Below are positions 29,401 through 49,200 of a DNA stretch of 64,000 nucleotides, one piece after another (within the stretch, counting starts at the first letter, position 1; every line of letters begins with the position of its first letter). The stretch comes from Tubiluchus corallicola (lineage: Eukaryota > Animalia > Priapulida): the NCBI GenBank assembly GCA_030141605.1, contig JAQGDQ010000213.1, forward strand, positions 186,001-250,000, written 5' to 3'. The position numbers and the translations under genes are program-made. The notes beneath the pieces are model-generated. The model had not been told where the DNA came from, searched no databases, and was given only the letters and a program-made list of their open reading frames with translations.

Positions 29401-30665
29401 TCAGTACCGAAGAGCCGACCACACCAGGTCGTACAACAACACCGGCTGCCACAACGTCTGCTACTACAACAACTCAACCACCTACAACTACCCAATCGCC
29501 AATCACCACCCCAACTACCACACAACAGCCAACAACTGCACAATTTACCACCCAGCCTCCAACTACCACGCAACCACCAACCACTACCTCCACTACCACA
29601 CAAGCACCAACAACCACACCTTCCACCACCCAGCCATCAACTACCACACAACAGCCAACCACTACCCCCACTACCACACAAGCACCAACAACCATGCCTT
29701 CTACCATCCAGCCTCCAACTACCACACCACCAGACACTACCTCCACTACCACACAAGCACCAACAACCATGCCTTCCACCACCCAGCCTTCAACTACCAC
29801 ACAACAGCCAACCACTACCCGCACTACCACACAAGCACCAACAACCACACCTTCCACACAGACACCAACTGAAGTTTTACCAGTCTTGCCAACTCGTCCT
29901 ACAGCCACAATAAGTATTCCAACATCACCGCCAACAACATCATCACCAACAGTAACAGCTCAAGAAATTCGTTTGAAAACAACTACAGAACCGCCTCAAA
30001 CTTCCCCCGACCCCGACACCACAACTGTCAGATTGCAAACACCTACACCTACACCAACAACAAAAGCACCAGAAACTACTACTAAGCCAAGTTCAACGAC
30101 AACAGAGGGACCAACAACAAGTCAGACAGCGCCGACCACTATACGAGAAACTACAAGAAGAACACCACTCACAACTATTGGGACAACAACTCAGCCTATC
30201 GTATCATCGACATATGCGCCAAAAATATGGCCGTCAGTTGAGATACCAGATTTTGATGGTAACATCCAAGTTTACACAATGGACTGTCAACAAACTTATA
30301 TAACAGTTGGTTGGTATGTAAAACCTGGTATAAAGGAATCCATTACTGGATTCCGCGTTTACGAGCAAGAAGGCGACCTTGACTTCGTTGAAGGAATGGA
30401 ACTAAATAGTATGCAAAGATACCAAGTAGTGGACCATTTGAAACCTGGTACAAATTACACTATATGTGTAGGGATTGTGCAAGGTGAAACCATTGTCGGA
30501 CCACTTGAGCTAAGTGAAAACACGTCATGCGTTAAAGTCATGACGGTACCAAAAGACTTCAAAGTTTTTAAAATTGCGTTTTCGTCTGCGGCATTGGCGG
30601 GTGGAGCTTGCGTTCTATATGCTTTTACTAAAAACGAAGTAGCAAACATTTTGATGGCTCAATAA
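14619..30665 (+). CDS. Large leucine-rich-repeat cell-surface protein (chaoptin/Slit-type LRRs, LRRCT, Thr/Pro mucin stalk, fibronectin type III, C-terminal hydrophobic anchor), ~1402 aa, 5 coding exons
   Basis: Coding exons 14619-14636 (MNLSTK), 24735-27233, 27821-28031 (alternative in-frame donor at 28064), 28813-28896, 29269-30665. All introns GT-AG with matching phases (0,0,1,1). Hydrophobic signal LLKLCLLMLMFTLSGLSSVSG, LRRNT (PACYC...LRC), repeated LxxLxLxxNxI motifs, LRRCT NPWFCDC...ATCSAP...C split over three exons, T/P/Q stalk, FN3 (ITVGW...GFRVY...LKPGTNYTICV), hydrophobic IAFSSAALAGGACVLYAF, 12-aa tail. AATAAA at ~31163. The first exon is less certain than the rest. Confidence 0.9.
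16538..16682. repeat. Compound microsatellite (CTA)(CAT)(TTTTCC)(CTT)
   Basis: Directly visible. Confidence 0.85.
16840..17312. repeat. Diverged tandem repeat, ~188-bp unit, about 2.5 copies
   Basis: tatgactgcag...aattaagtttt...ttcttgcgtgaagatattttctgacttgg...agactaacaatgctcacgaagt...aaaacaagat recurs at ~16840 and ~17028, with a partial third copy at ~17223. Confidence 0.9.
20392..20458. repeat. (CT)n microsatellite, preceded by a purine-rich tract at ~20130-20320
   Basis: Directly visible. Confidence 0.95.
22011..22078 (+). mobile_element. tRNA-derived SINE head or tRNA pseudogene fragment
   Basis: A-box-like TGCTGTAATGG followed by B-box-like GGATTCGAGTCC; no complete anticodon arm. Confidence 0.45.
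22564..22776. repeat. Near-perfect 105-bp tandem duplication
   Basis: Copies 22564-22668 and 22669-22773 differ at one position (gatagtt vs gataatt); ACC microhomology at the junctions. Confidence 0.95.
24400..24714. repeat. (AAGTAT)n hexamer array next to the LRR exon acceptor
   Basis: About 50 units ending ~20 nt before the AG at 24733-24734. Confidence 0.97.
24735..27233 (+). CDS. Main 2.5-kb LRR exon of the LRR surface protein
   Basis: 835-aa ORF in the track starts exactly after acceptor ttttttcag and ends at donor CAG|gtacac; continuous LRR motifs. Confidence 0.95.
29269..30665 (+). CDS. Last exon of the LRR gene: end of LRRCT, mucin stalk, FN3, anchor
   Basis: Part of the 469-aa ORF 29256..30665; acceptor tttaaag|GT in phase 1; TAA at 30663-30665. 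Confidence 0.9.
29510..29860 (+). repeat. Coding minisatellite, ~75-78-bp unit (TTQAPTTTPSTTQPSTTTQQPTTTPT)
   Basis: accacacaagcaccaacaacca recurs at ~29595, 29673, 29748 and 29826. Confidence 0.85.
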
Positions 30666-33600
30666 TAATATTAATAATGCGTGCTGAGTTTCAAAATTAT
30701 AACGGTGCACATTGTGATAATTGTTGCTTGAATTTTTGTATATAATTTGCTGTATGTATTTAATTAGAGCAGGCGTGTTTTGTTTCTTTTTTGTTTTTGA
30801 ATTTATATCGTAGAAGAGGCTGGTGTCCTCTAGTGACGAAAATTGCAGTTTTTTAATTGATAGCGAGTTAACTTTGTAATTTTCGATTTGAAGATTGGAG
30901 ATTTCAGTTTGAAGACTGTCAGCAGTGCTGGCCAATGTAAGTGTTTATTTTTCATAATATAAGCACAATCCGCTAATGAAAGTGTAAAAACCAGATACAT
31001 CTACAATTTCTACCAGTGTTTGTATTACAGTTAGAAAGAATTTTTAGCGATGGTCGTTTTTCTTACAACTTAGTTTCTAAAGAACACCGAGTAAAACTGA
31101 CTACTTTTCATTGCAATGACTGAAATCACCATTAAGTTTTTCTAGACTGGCCTTGATTTTGTAATAAAATAAAAATAATTCTCAACAATTTGTAATGATT
31201 ATGTACATTAAAATAATAATGTAATAATTTTTGCATTATTACATTATTATAATAATTATAATTATTATAATTATATAATTATTATTATAATTACAGTAAT
31301 AATTAAGTGGCGACAGCTAGGTGTAATAGGCGGAAACATTTTCGTTTGCAAGCATTGCATTACCACGTCATTGTGATTTATTAAATAAAGGCAATAATTA
31401 TTGCTTAATTTAAATTTTTTGCTCTCTTGTACGAAATGAGTTGACCAAACGTTATAATATAAGGTTATATTATTTGTTAACATTTATTTGTAGTTTTATT
31501 TTTACGGTTTTCTGTTCATTTTGCATTCTCAGAATGTGTTTGTTGTTAAAACAGCTAATTAACTTTCAATTAGTATTGGTTCACGAATAATGATGGCGAA
31601 GGTAGTGACAAAGGTTTAAGAATAGCAACCATATCTGTAATTACATAAATTTTCATTACCGGCGATTTCTGATTGAGTTACATGAGCAGGTTATTCATCT
31701 TACACACCATGCGCTTGTCCAAAAATGTGTTTGAGCTTCACACAGCAAAGTCTATAAAATACACTTTTTTGCATAACTATTATGAATATGCCGCAAAATG
31801 CTGCTTAAAATAGCCCAATGTTTTCTTACATTTGACTATAAACAAAAATTTAGTTATGCGGACTCCCTACATGCGCTGACCTAGGGCCTACATTAATAAC
31901 AAGATTGATTTAGTCTTAGACTTTGATACTAGTTTTAGTATCAATAGATAGGTATACAGTTTGATGATTGCCAAGATGACAACTGGTTACTACCACTACC
32001 GTAAAGCTTCCTTCGTAGTTTTATAAATTGTGGTGCACACGTAATTGGTGGTAATAATACTGTAATTATCCTATGGAGAACAAATCGAATAACCAGGATG
32101 GTAAGATCACTGTTAAAATACATTATTGTTTAAACTAAGTAAAAACTAGTCAACTTTTCTTGGAAACTCAAAAAAATCACCAAAAAATGGTGAGCTAAAT
32201 GGCTTAAGCTATATTAGATATGAAAATTTTGTCTAAAGCTTTATTTTACAATTCAAATATGGTTAATCATTTTACTTCAAACTGTGTATAAAGTGCGTAA
32301 ACACTAACTAACCAACGCCTACAATGTTTATCAGAAAGTTACTCGAAAACCGTTATCAAAATAAAAAGCTTAAAATTTCTGTTACCACTCTGAACTCTCA
32401 AAGAAGCCTCATTTAAAACTATTTTTTCAGTGTAATATGATTCTGAAACACGTTTACTTTTGTCACAGCAATTTAAGTAAAACCGTACGCTGAAAAATAA
32501 CACTGCTGACAAGCATCATTTATACATAAGCAAACTAAGTTTTTTGTTTTATCTACTGAAATTTTAAATAATTTTGCACAAATCAGGGGCTATGCTTTTG
32601 GGTCTCCCAAAGTTTTCATAAAACTAAATTCCAAATTTATTTGCAGCAGACAAAAACATTTACACAACAAACTAGCATATGGTGCACAATGTGTAACAAC
32701 ACTGACCAATGCAGTCATTACTTGTGCGAAATCTTCGCTTTATCTGCCAGCTTAAGTAACAACACGAAAAGTGTCCTTTAGTTTAAAAGAAAGTTGACAA
32801 TCTATTGGGAACTTAACACCACGTCACTGACAATTACATGATAGCAAGGCTAATCTAATTTTGTTATAAAAGAATAACACACTGCAATTTTAGTGCTGTT
32901 TTTTATAAATAGTCCCATTCAACTGAAATAAAAAAAGAATTGCGTGTGCGAAGAACATTCCTTGAGTATGTACAACCCCTGCATGCAAAAACGTTTTTCG
33001 GAGAATGACAGGTTCTTCTCTTTACTTTTCTGTCGCAATATAAATAGTTATGATCACATCTGCAACTCTCATTACTACAACAAAAATGAAATATTTAAGT
33101 TGCAGTATAAAATTTGCCAATAAAACAGTACAATATAATAAAATGAGTTTTCTATGTTGTAATATCTCAGTTTAAATACAAATTAAGTCTAAGGTGCAAA
33201 CTAATAAGTATATAAGAAATTTAATTAAAGTACCGTTTAAATAAGTAAATTAATTAATGAAACCTATTGTGTATGTTACTACTTTTGCATCTAAGACTCG
33301 AAGATTTTGCATATTTTATGATACAGCAGTAGCGAAGGATTGCGTTATTATTATTTTTATTGCCTTATTGACAAATTTTAATCAGGCAGATAATAAAAAC
33401 AGCGATACTGCAACGTTGTTGTTACAAATTTATTACTTATAATTATTGTTGCAGCATTGCATAGAACCTACTCACATCGCAATTTAGAAGTTCCTTGCAA
33501 TGTAAACGCGCATGCTCAAATCAAAATGATCTGATAAACTGATGAGATAAATAATTTTTAAGCAATTATACAAAAAATAATTATACATAAGTCTACCCCG

Positions 33601-34269
33601 TAAACATTAATTATGCCATTATTGACGCACATTAAAAATTTCAAAATTATAGCAAATTATTGTAATTTGAATAGTTTTCCTAGAAGCAACATTTCATAAA
33701 AGGCAGATTTTAACGCTTTAGCTGGTCAACTACTTAAGTTTGCTAGTAGTAAAGAAAAGTTTTTGTTAAGAGTACTAACAGTTCGAAATTATGACGGACA
33801 AGGATCTGACATAATCGACCTAAGATTAGATCTTATTGTTACGTATACGATTCTGTGCGGCGCCTGCCAGGGTTTGATGATGGAATAAAACTGACCGAAA
33901 ACCCGAGACCTAGTCAGGTGGTGTAAAAAATTGTTTTGACGAGTCTGTAGTTCTTTAATTTACGAAACTAATAACAGATAGCGCAAAAACAGCAACATCA
34001 AAATATTTACGCAGCAGTCATTATGCCTATTTATTAGACTTTCATGTGTAATCTTCAAATATTGCATGAAATAAGGGCATAGTTACAGTATTTGTAGTTT
34101 TTTTACATAAAAATCGCTTGCGATTATTTTGAATGTGCATGATAACTACGTTAAATTATTAGTAATTGGAATACACTCATTACTGAAACCTGCAGCTGTT
34201 TTCAATATAGCTTTGAACTGTGAATTGTAATGTATGTAAGAACTCACACGTTAATCAGTGTCATTTTAG

Positions 34270-42586
<8,317 letters not shown>

Positions 42587-44229
42587 TTATCTTCCCACAT
42601 TAGTGGTTTTAATTATTCACAGCGCCAGTAATTTTCTGAAATTTTCATTATTGTCTGAAACTGTTTGCTTTCTTAACCAGTTGCATTTGTATGATAAAAT
42701 AAACATCGTGTGCTTTCATTATATACATGTAGTAATACGCAGAGTGCTTGGCTTTTGTTAGATAGGTAATGTAACTGTTACTTACAGTTGTATAGCTTTC
42801 GTTCCATGCTTTAACTTAAAAAGCAGTGAGAGTAACTTTTGTTACTCAGAAAGCATTTAGCCTTTGTTAGACATGCACGGTGGTTAGTTATATAGCTTCC
42901 ACTCTACTTTTTTATTTATAAAATTTCATCAGTGATGAAATTGATGACGTATAAAAATTCAGTTACACATGCTTTCACGTGTCATCTGTTTCGCTTTAAA
43001 TTAAACCTAAAAATTAATGAGTAAGTAGCCAAGAATCCGTTCGTTACTCTGTTAATCATTTTGACTTTCTAATTAAAAACAGTAACAACAAAATTATAAC
43101 GTAGATACAAAAAACAAAACTGTAACATAGAAATAAATAACACGATTATTTCATGTTATTACAAACAAACAATGCACAAACTGTTAGGAATCAATGACTC
43201 GAGGTCCTGAGAGCATCTTCCTCAGCGTCTTCTATAGGTTGCTCTTTGGGTAAGTTATAATCTGCATACCTTGTGCAAACTACAAGCGGCTTATTGCTTT
43301 ACACTGAAGAAATTTTTTATTTGTCAATATGATGCTTCTGCTGTATCTATATGCTGTAGTAATTCTGTACCTTATTTTAAAGTGACGTTAAAAGTGAGTA
43401 CACAGTCTTAGGCAACATATTCTCAATTTTGCACTTTTGTGGAATTTAAATCGTAACTGACTGAGAAAATAAATAAACAAATAAAAGATTTATTATTGCA
43501 GGACACCAGGAATGCCACCAATTACCAATTACCACCATCATTTACCTAAGACTGTCATCACCAATTGCCGCGATAGTGGTGATTAAAGATTATAGCTAAA
43601 ATAGCTTGGTCGCAGTCTTATAAAATTTGCCACCTCATAACCAACAAAGCTGGCGCAAGGCGTAATCATGGTACGATCCGGAACGAAAATTATGTAACTA
43701 AAAGTAAAACATGTTAATCAATCAAAAACGTTGTGTGAGCTTTCTCCGTTGTTATTAATGACACCTACAGCTTTCTTGAATAATTTTGCTAATAATCGCA
43801 TGCATTTCATAATAGATGAACCGATAAAGCAACAGCTAATGAAACAGGTTTTACGATTCTGTGACAGTTTGTGCCAGGCTCGTTTTTACGATGAGCCCAC
43901 AATATGAAAATGTTATTAAAAATTAACATAATTATAGGATTTGAAAGTTATTGTGAAAGAAATGAGGTAAACCATTTTTTAATTTATATTAATACGAAGG
44001 AAGACTTTGTTCCTTTTAAAAGCAGATCATATTTTTATACTTGCAGGATTAAGACAGTTCTTGTAGTGTTTTTCATGCGTTTTTGGTACGTAGTTAGCAG
44101 CCAAATTTTATAAAGGTGGAAACACTACACACAAAAAACGAATAACATTTACATGCCTTAGAGTAATAATTCAAGACCTAGACGGAAACAACTGCCTATA
44201 ATCCTGAGATTATAGGATATATATAAATA

Positions 44230-44462
<233 letters not shown>

Positions 44463-45569
44463 ATATTGACAGCAGGTCAATTTTCGTTGTATCATTGCAG
44501 TCAGAAATTGAATTTTTAGAAGCTTCAGTGAACTTTTCTGTTATTCATATAACAGCGAAAGAAAGACTACAACACATTCGGGATTTCGTGGCCTGCAGAA
44601 AGTCAATCAAGAAGAAAATTTAGCAGAACATACCAGAATATGCCTGTTATACAAGAATAAAGCGTGAGTTTGCTTTCTCGTCTACTGATCAAGTATATTT
44701 TGTTGTTCCTTAATAGTAATGTTGGCTTAATAGTAAAATAAAGTGTTTTAATAACTCTTACTAATTAAATGCATTTTTACACTGTGCAGTACGTTGTCTT
44801 TAGTTAATAAGTAAAAGCTCTTTATTCGTAGCAGATTCATGATTGACATTGTTGTTGAAATGAACAAGTTTAATCAGTAAAATATATTCGTCAAAATCGA
44901 CTAATTGAACTTGTGCAGCGGAATACCAGCCTATAATAACATCGCCAAGGAAAAGTTCAGATTTCTCGACCATGCTTCCTTTATTTGACAGCTACACCCC
45001 AACATAACTTGGGAGGAGGCGTTTGCAATCACAAGCATGTTATTGGTGACAAAATTACTGCTATTTCATTCCAGTCATCACTATCAAGAAAACGTGAACT
45101 GTTTCATGTTGACAATGTTCAAGGGCGTGTCAAAGCCATAAAACAATTTGTAACCCTGAAAATCCTGTCAACTTAATTCATTTGGATTACTACCATTTTG
45201 CATGGATAGACGTTGTCTCAGACCACGATTTATATATTCCGGGACTGTTGATCTGCAGTTGTTTTTTTATACTAGATTCCTAGTTTTACCCACCCTAGTA
45301 AGGACTGGAAATCCACATGTCTCATTGCTAATTAATATTTCATCACACATCAAATACAGCCAACACTGAGATTACAACTCCAGTGTACCTAGTCTATTTT
45401 ATCTTTTACCAAAAATCGTTGTTGCATTTATAGTAAGCTAATCCAGAACAGCGTGTGCTTTGCCATAAACTAACACTGATTGATTGTCTGTAATGCTCGC
45501 ATTATGATAGTCAGCGTTAATCCCAAATAAAAGAGTTTAGTACCGTTGCTGGCTGCTGGTACTACTCGT

Positions 45570-45658
45570 ACACTACTATTACTACCACCACCACCACCGC
45601 CGCTGCCACCACCACCACTACCACCACCACTACTAGTAACACTACAACAACAACAACA

Positions 45659-45755
<97 letters not shown>

Positions 45756-45875
45756 TTAACACCACCACTATCACCACCACCACCACTACCACCCCCACCA
45801 GCACTACTACTACCAACCACCACCACCACCGCCACCACCACCAATACTACTACCTACTACTGCTGCTACTGCCGC
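45570..45875. repeat. Compound trinucleotide microsatellite (CCA)(ACA)(ACT)(CCA)
   Basis: Directly visible. Confidence 0.95.
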
Positions 45876-46174
45876 TGGTGCTGCTCCTAGTGTTGCTACT
45901 ACTGATGATGCATGGTACTGCTGGCTGGTGCACCACCGCCACTTCTACTATGAAGCCTGCTTTGATCGATTAACCTTTGGATTTTGAATCAACTTTCTCT
46001 ATCGATCCAGACAACTCCCTTGATAATTTTTTTCATCGCACACCGGTGTGCTAATTTTCTTCGACCTGATGGTCCAAGTCAGACGCGATGATAAATAACG
46101 GCGATTAAGCTTTTGACATAAACATCGCCAATCACCTTCCATGTGATTATGCGCTCAGCTACCTGCACAGGTAC

Positions 46175-46296
46175 GTGGTACTTTATAGGGACCTTCCTTG
46201 GCTATGACGCATGAGTCGATGACTTGATCGCCAAGCGGTGAACATCACACACGTTCACTCTAAGCGCTTATTAGGGTTCTCATCAGTAGAGCAGTC
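46175..46296 (+). promoter_or_regulatory. Candidate core promoter and 5'UTR of the chitin-binding gene
   Basis: TATA-like ctttatagg at ~46181 and TGACG motifs ~100 nt upstream of ATG 46297. Motif evidence only. Confidence 0.25.
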
Positions 46297-49200
46297 ATGA
46301 CGATGATGAACTATTTGTTGCTGTTGCCTGCTGTAATAGTTGCAGGTAAGTTAAAGACGCATTGTTATTAATTGATTCATTAATTAAATTAAACAAGTTT
46401 CAATATGAACGTCATGCATTGATATTTACGCATTTGCAATGAAAAGTAGATCGAATTCACAGAAGATAAAAGTTAATTAGCACATGTATTTATAAAGACG
46501 ACCTTTTATGAATTATTTACTGTAATGTTTCTGCTACATTGATTAACTGAATAACGACTATATTATTAATGTTGCAATAGTAAACAAACTGGTGAAATAA
46601 CTAATAATTTTGTTTTCATATATAATGAAGAGTTTTCATATATAACTGGTAATTAAAAACTTCAAATGTACATTGGTGGCCAAAATAGGACTAGCTAACA
46701 AAAAATCTCTTTCTTGATCACATCAAACATCCTATCATCATCGTTTGTAATACGTGATTCAATTAGAAACGATGCTCTTAAGTTTAATGCAAAGAGGGTT
46801 TTCAAACATTCACTTATAATTAAAAGTAATTTTTATAGTTTTCTTGATAGTAAATTTCATTTTACTCTTTCACATGCGGTTTAAGACGCAAATAGTCCGA
46901 ATGCTATTATTGTACTATAAGAACGAGAAAAGAAACTGCATTAACAATTGAGGCCTTAATTGCTAAAACAAGCATTCGTAAAGTGTTTAAGCTCTAAAGT
47001 GTATTAACCATTGAGGTTATGACCAGGTTTTTTTGCTTTACAATCGAATGGGCAACAGCCCTCTTCACGCTTTCGTATTTAAGAGACGTACTGTCTATTA
47101 TACGATTACAAACAACATGAACATAAACAGCACAAGAGATGTAAAGAGTTTATTTTAAAATATAATATTTCTTGTTAGTGTCAAAACATTTATTGTTAAA
47201 TTGCTTTTACGAAAGGCAAATGAATTGCATAAAAGCTTGCTGTAAAAGAGTAATTTTGTGCAAGTTACATAAAGTCCAATATACCGTTAAAAAAATTTTC
47301 CAGTTTTTCTGTAATTGACGTCAAGCATATTTGTCTGTTGCTCCGCCCCCGCTGCAACGTAAGCACGCTCAGCAGCATTCGGGACAACAGCTCACGCATT
47401 ACAGCAACTGTCTAAGCTAAACTAACAACATGACAGTCACAACTAATGTCTAATCAGCAGATAAACTGATTGCTCTTTGTCATAAACACAAATTTGCAGA
47501 GCAGCAGCTATTTTAACACGAAATTAACACTTCAAGTAGCCGAAAGGTGACTTTTCAATTTAAACAGAATGTATTTTTAGAGACGAAGTTTAAAAGCGCT
47601 ACAAAATTCAGAGACATAAATATAATAAAGAAACTAAGCCAGTTAGCCTTGCTTTACAATAAATGAGCAACCAAAGATTTGAAAGTCTCTCTTGGCTTTA
47701 AACATACGAACATCAAGCCTGCGATGTATTTTTTTATATTAATTGATCATGTGCTCGTCTGCAAGATTTATTAAGGTTTTGTATTTTCTGTTTGTCGGGC
47801 TACGGAAATGGAATAAATTTGACCGTTCCATCCCATAGACAACCCTTATATTGAATGCCCGAGTCACATGAGTCCCAATGGTATCTTTTAACCTTGATTA
47901 TAAGCAGAAAAATAGCGTAAAAATAGCTAATATTAGATTGATGTATAATATAAGTTTTGACTACATTTGAATTAATTTTGACAGTGAAGATCTCATTGAT
48001 GTTTATAAAAACTGGCCAGAAAAGAAAACATTTTGGTTTGTCTTTATTTAAAGTTAACGAATTAGTTGTCTTTATCTAACTTGCAAAGCCATAAACTAAA
48101 CTAAACTGCGTATTTTCTTGACTGCAAAATGTTATAATGAGCAACTCATAGACGTAAGCGTTGTGCATTTCTTCCTATAAACGAAACTAGACTATACATT
48201 TCTGCTAATTCTATTGCAATTTCAAATGACAATAATAAAATCTAGAACCAGGCCAATATTTCTCCCGCTAACTAACGAAAAGTTGAGCATTTTTCATAAC
48301 AGTGTTAGACGGAGCTGTTGCTAAATGTCCCGAACGTACCTGCTGCAGAGGTGTGTGAAATAACTTACACGCTGATTGGGCAGTCAACGAAAATGATTGA
48401 CATTATATTAGACGTCAATTGTGCAAACAAACTTGAAACAGATATTGTGCAACTCGAACGTAAACGTATTCACAATTTACAGATATAGCAGCTACTGAAA
48501 AAACCGTATATCAGTATCCTGTCCACCGTATGATATGTAGTTGGCAAATCAGTAATTAAATGGATCATTAATAATTCACTACGGTTGATTAATTATTTTC
48601 AATCAGCCGCATAACTACTAATTACAACTTTATGAATAAACAATTAGTGGCTGCTTCATTATGATACGCCGGACGTGATTATATTAATGGCAAAAGTGAT
48701 GCAATATGCTTTTCAATATTTAAACTACATATATTAGATGTTTTACCATTTACCGTGACGTAAAATCCAATAGGAATTTTCAAATTTAATCACTTGGCAT
48801 ACAAGTGACTTCAACCTTAACCCTCGAGATAATTTGGAAGATGAATAAGAATAAAATTAAGTATAATTTTAGTTGCAGGATTATTACTAATGGTGAAACT
48901 AACATACAAGTGTTAATAAATGTGAGATTCTACCAATTATTAATTAGAAGCATATTATGAAGATGAAACTAGTCAGCTACTTTAATGTCCACTACATAGT
49001 AAACAAGAAGCTCCTTAGAAATTAACTGTCCTCAAAATAATAATTTTGTAATCATGACATGACATGCTCACCTACATTGATTAACTATACTCAGAATGAA
49101 TTACCTGGATATGTAATAAAATTACACGATTTGAGGAATTGTCGGTTAAGCCTGAATATCTCCAAATGTTAAATAAAAATTGTGAAGCGGAACACAATAG

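Noticed and set aside
24937-30649. Minus-strand ORFs overlapping LRR exons (e.g. 29474-29908, Val/Gly-rich)
   Set aside because: Antisense shadows of the + strand CDS and its mucin repeats.
24735-30665. Toll-like receptor or rearranging VLR-type locus
   Set aside because: No TIR domain, the gene is complete in the genome, and I saw no flanking LRR cassettes in the window.
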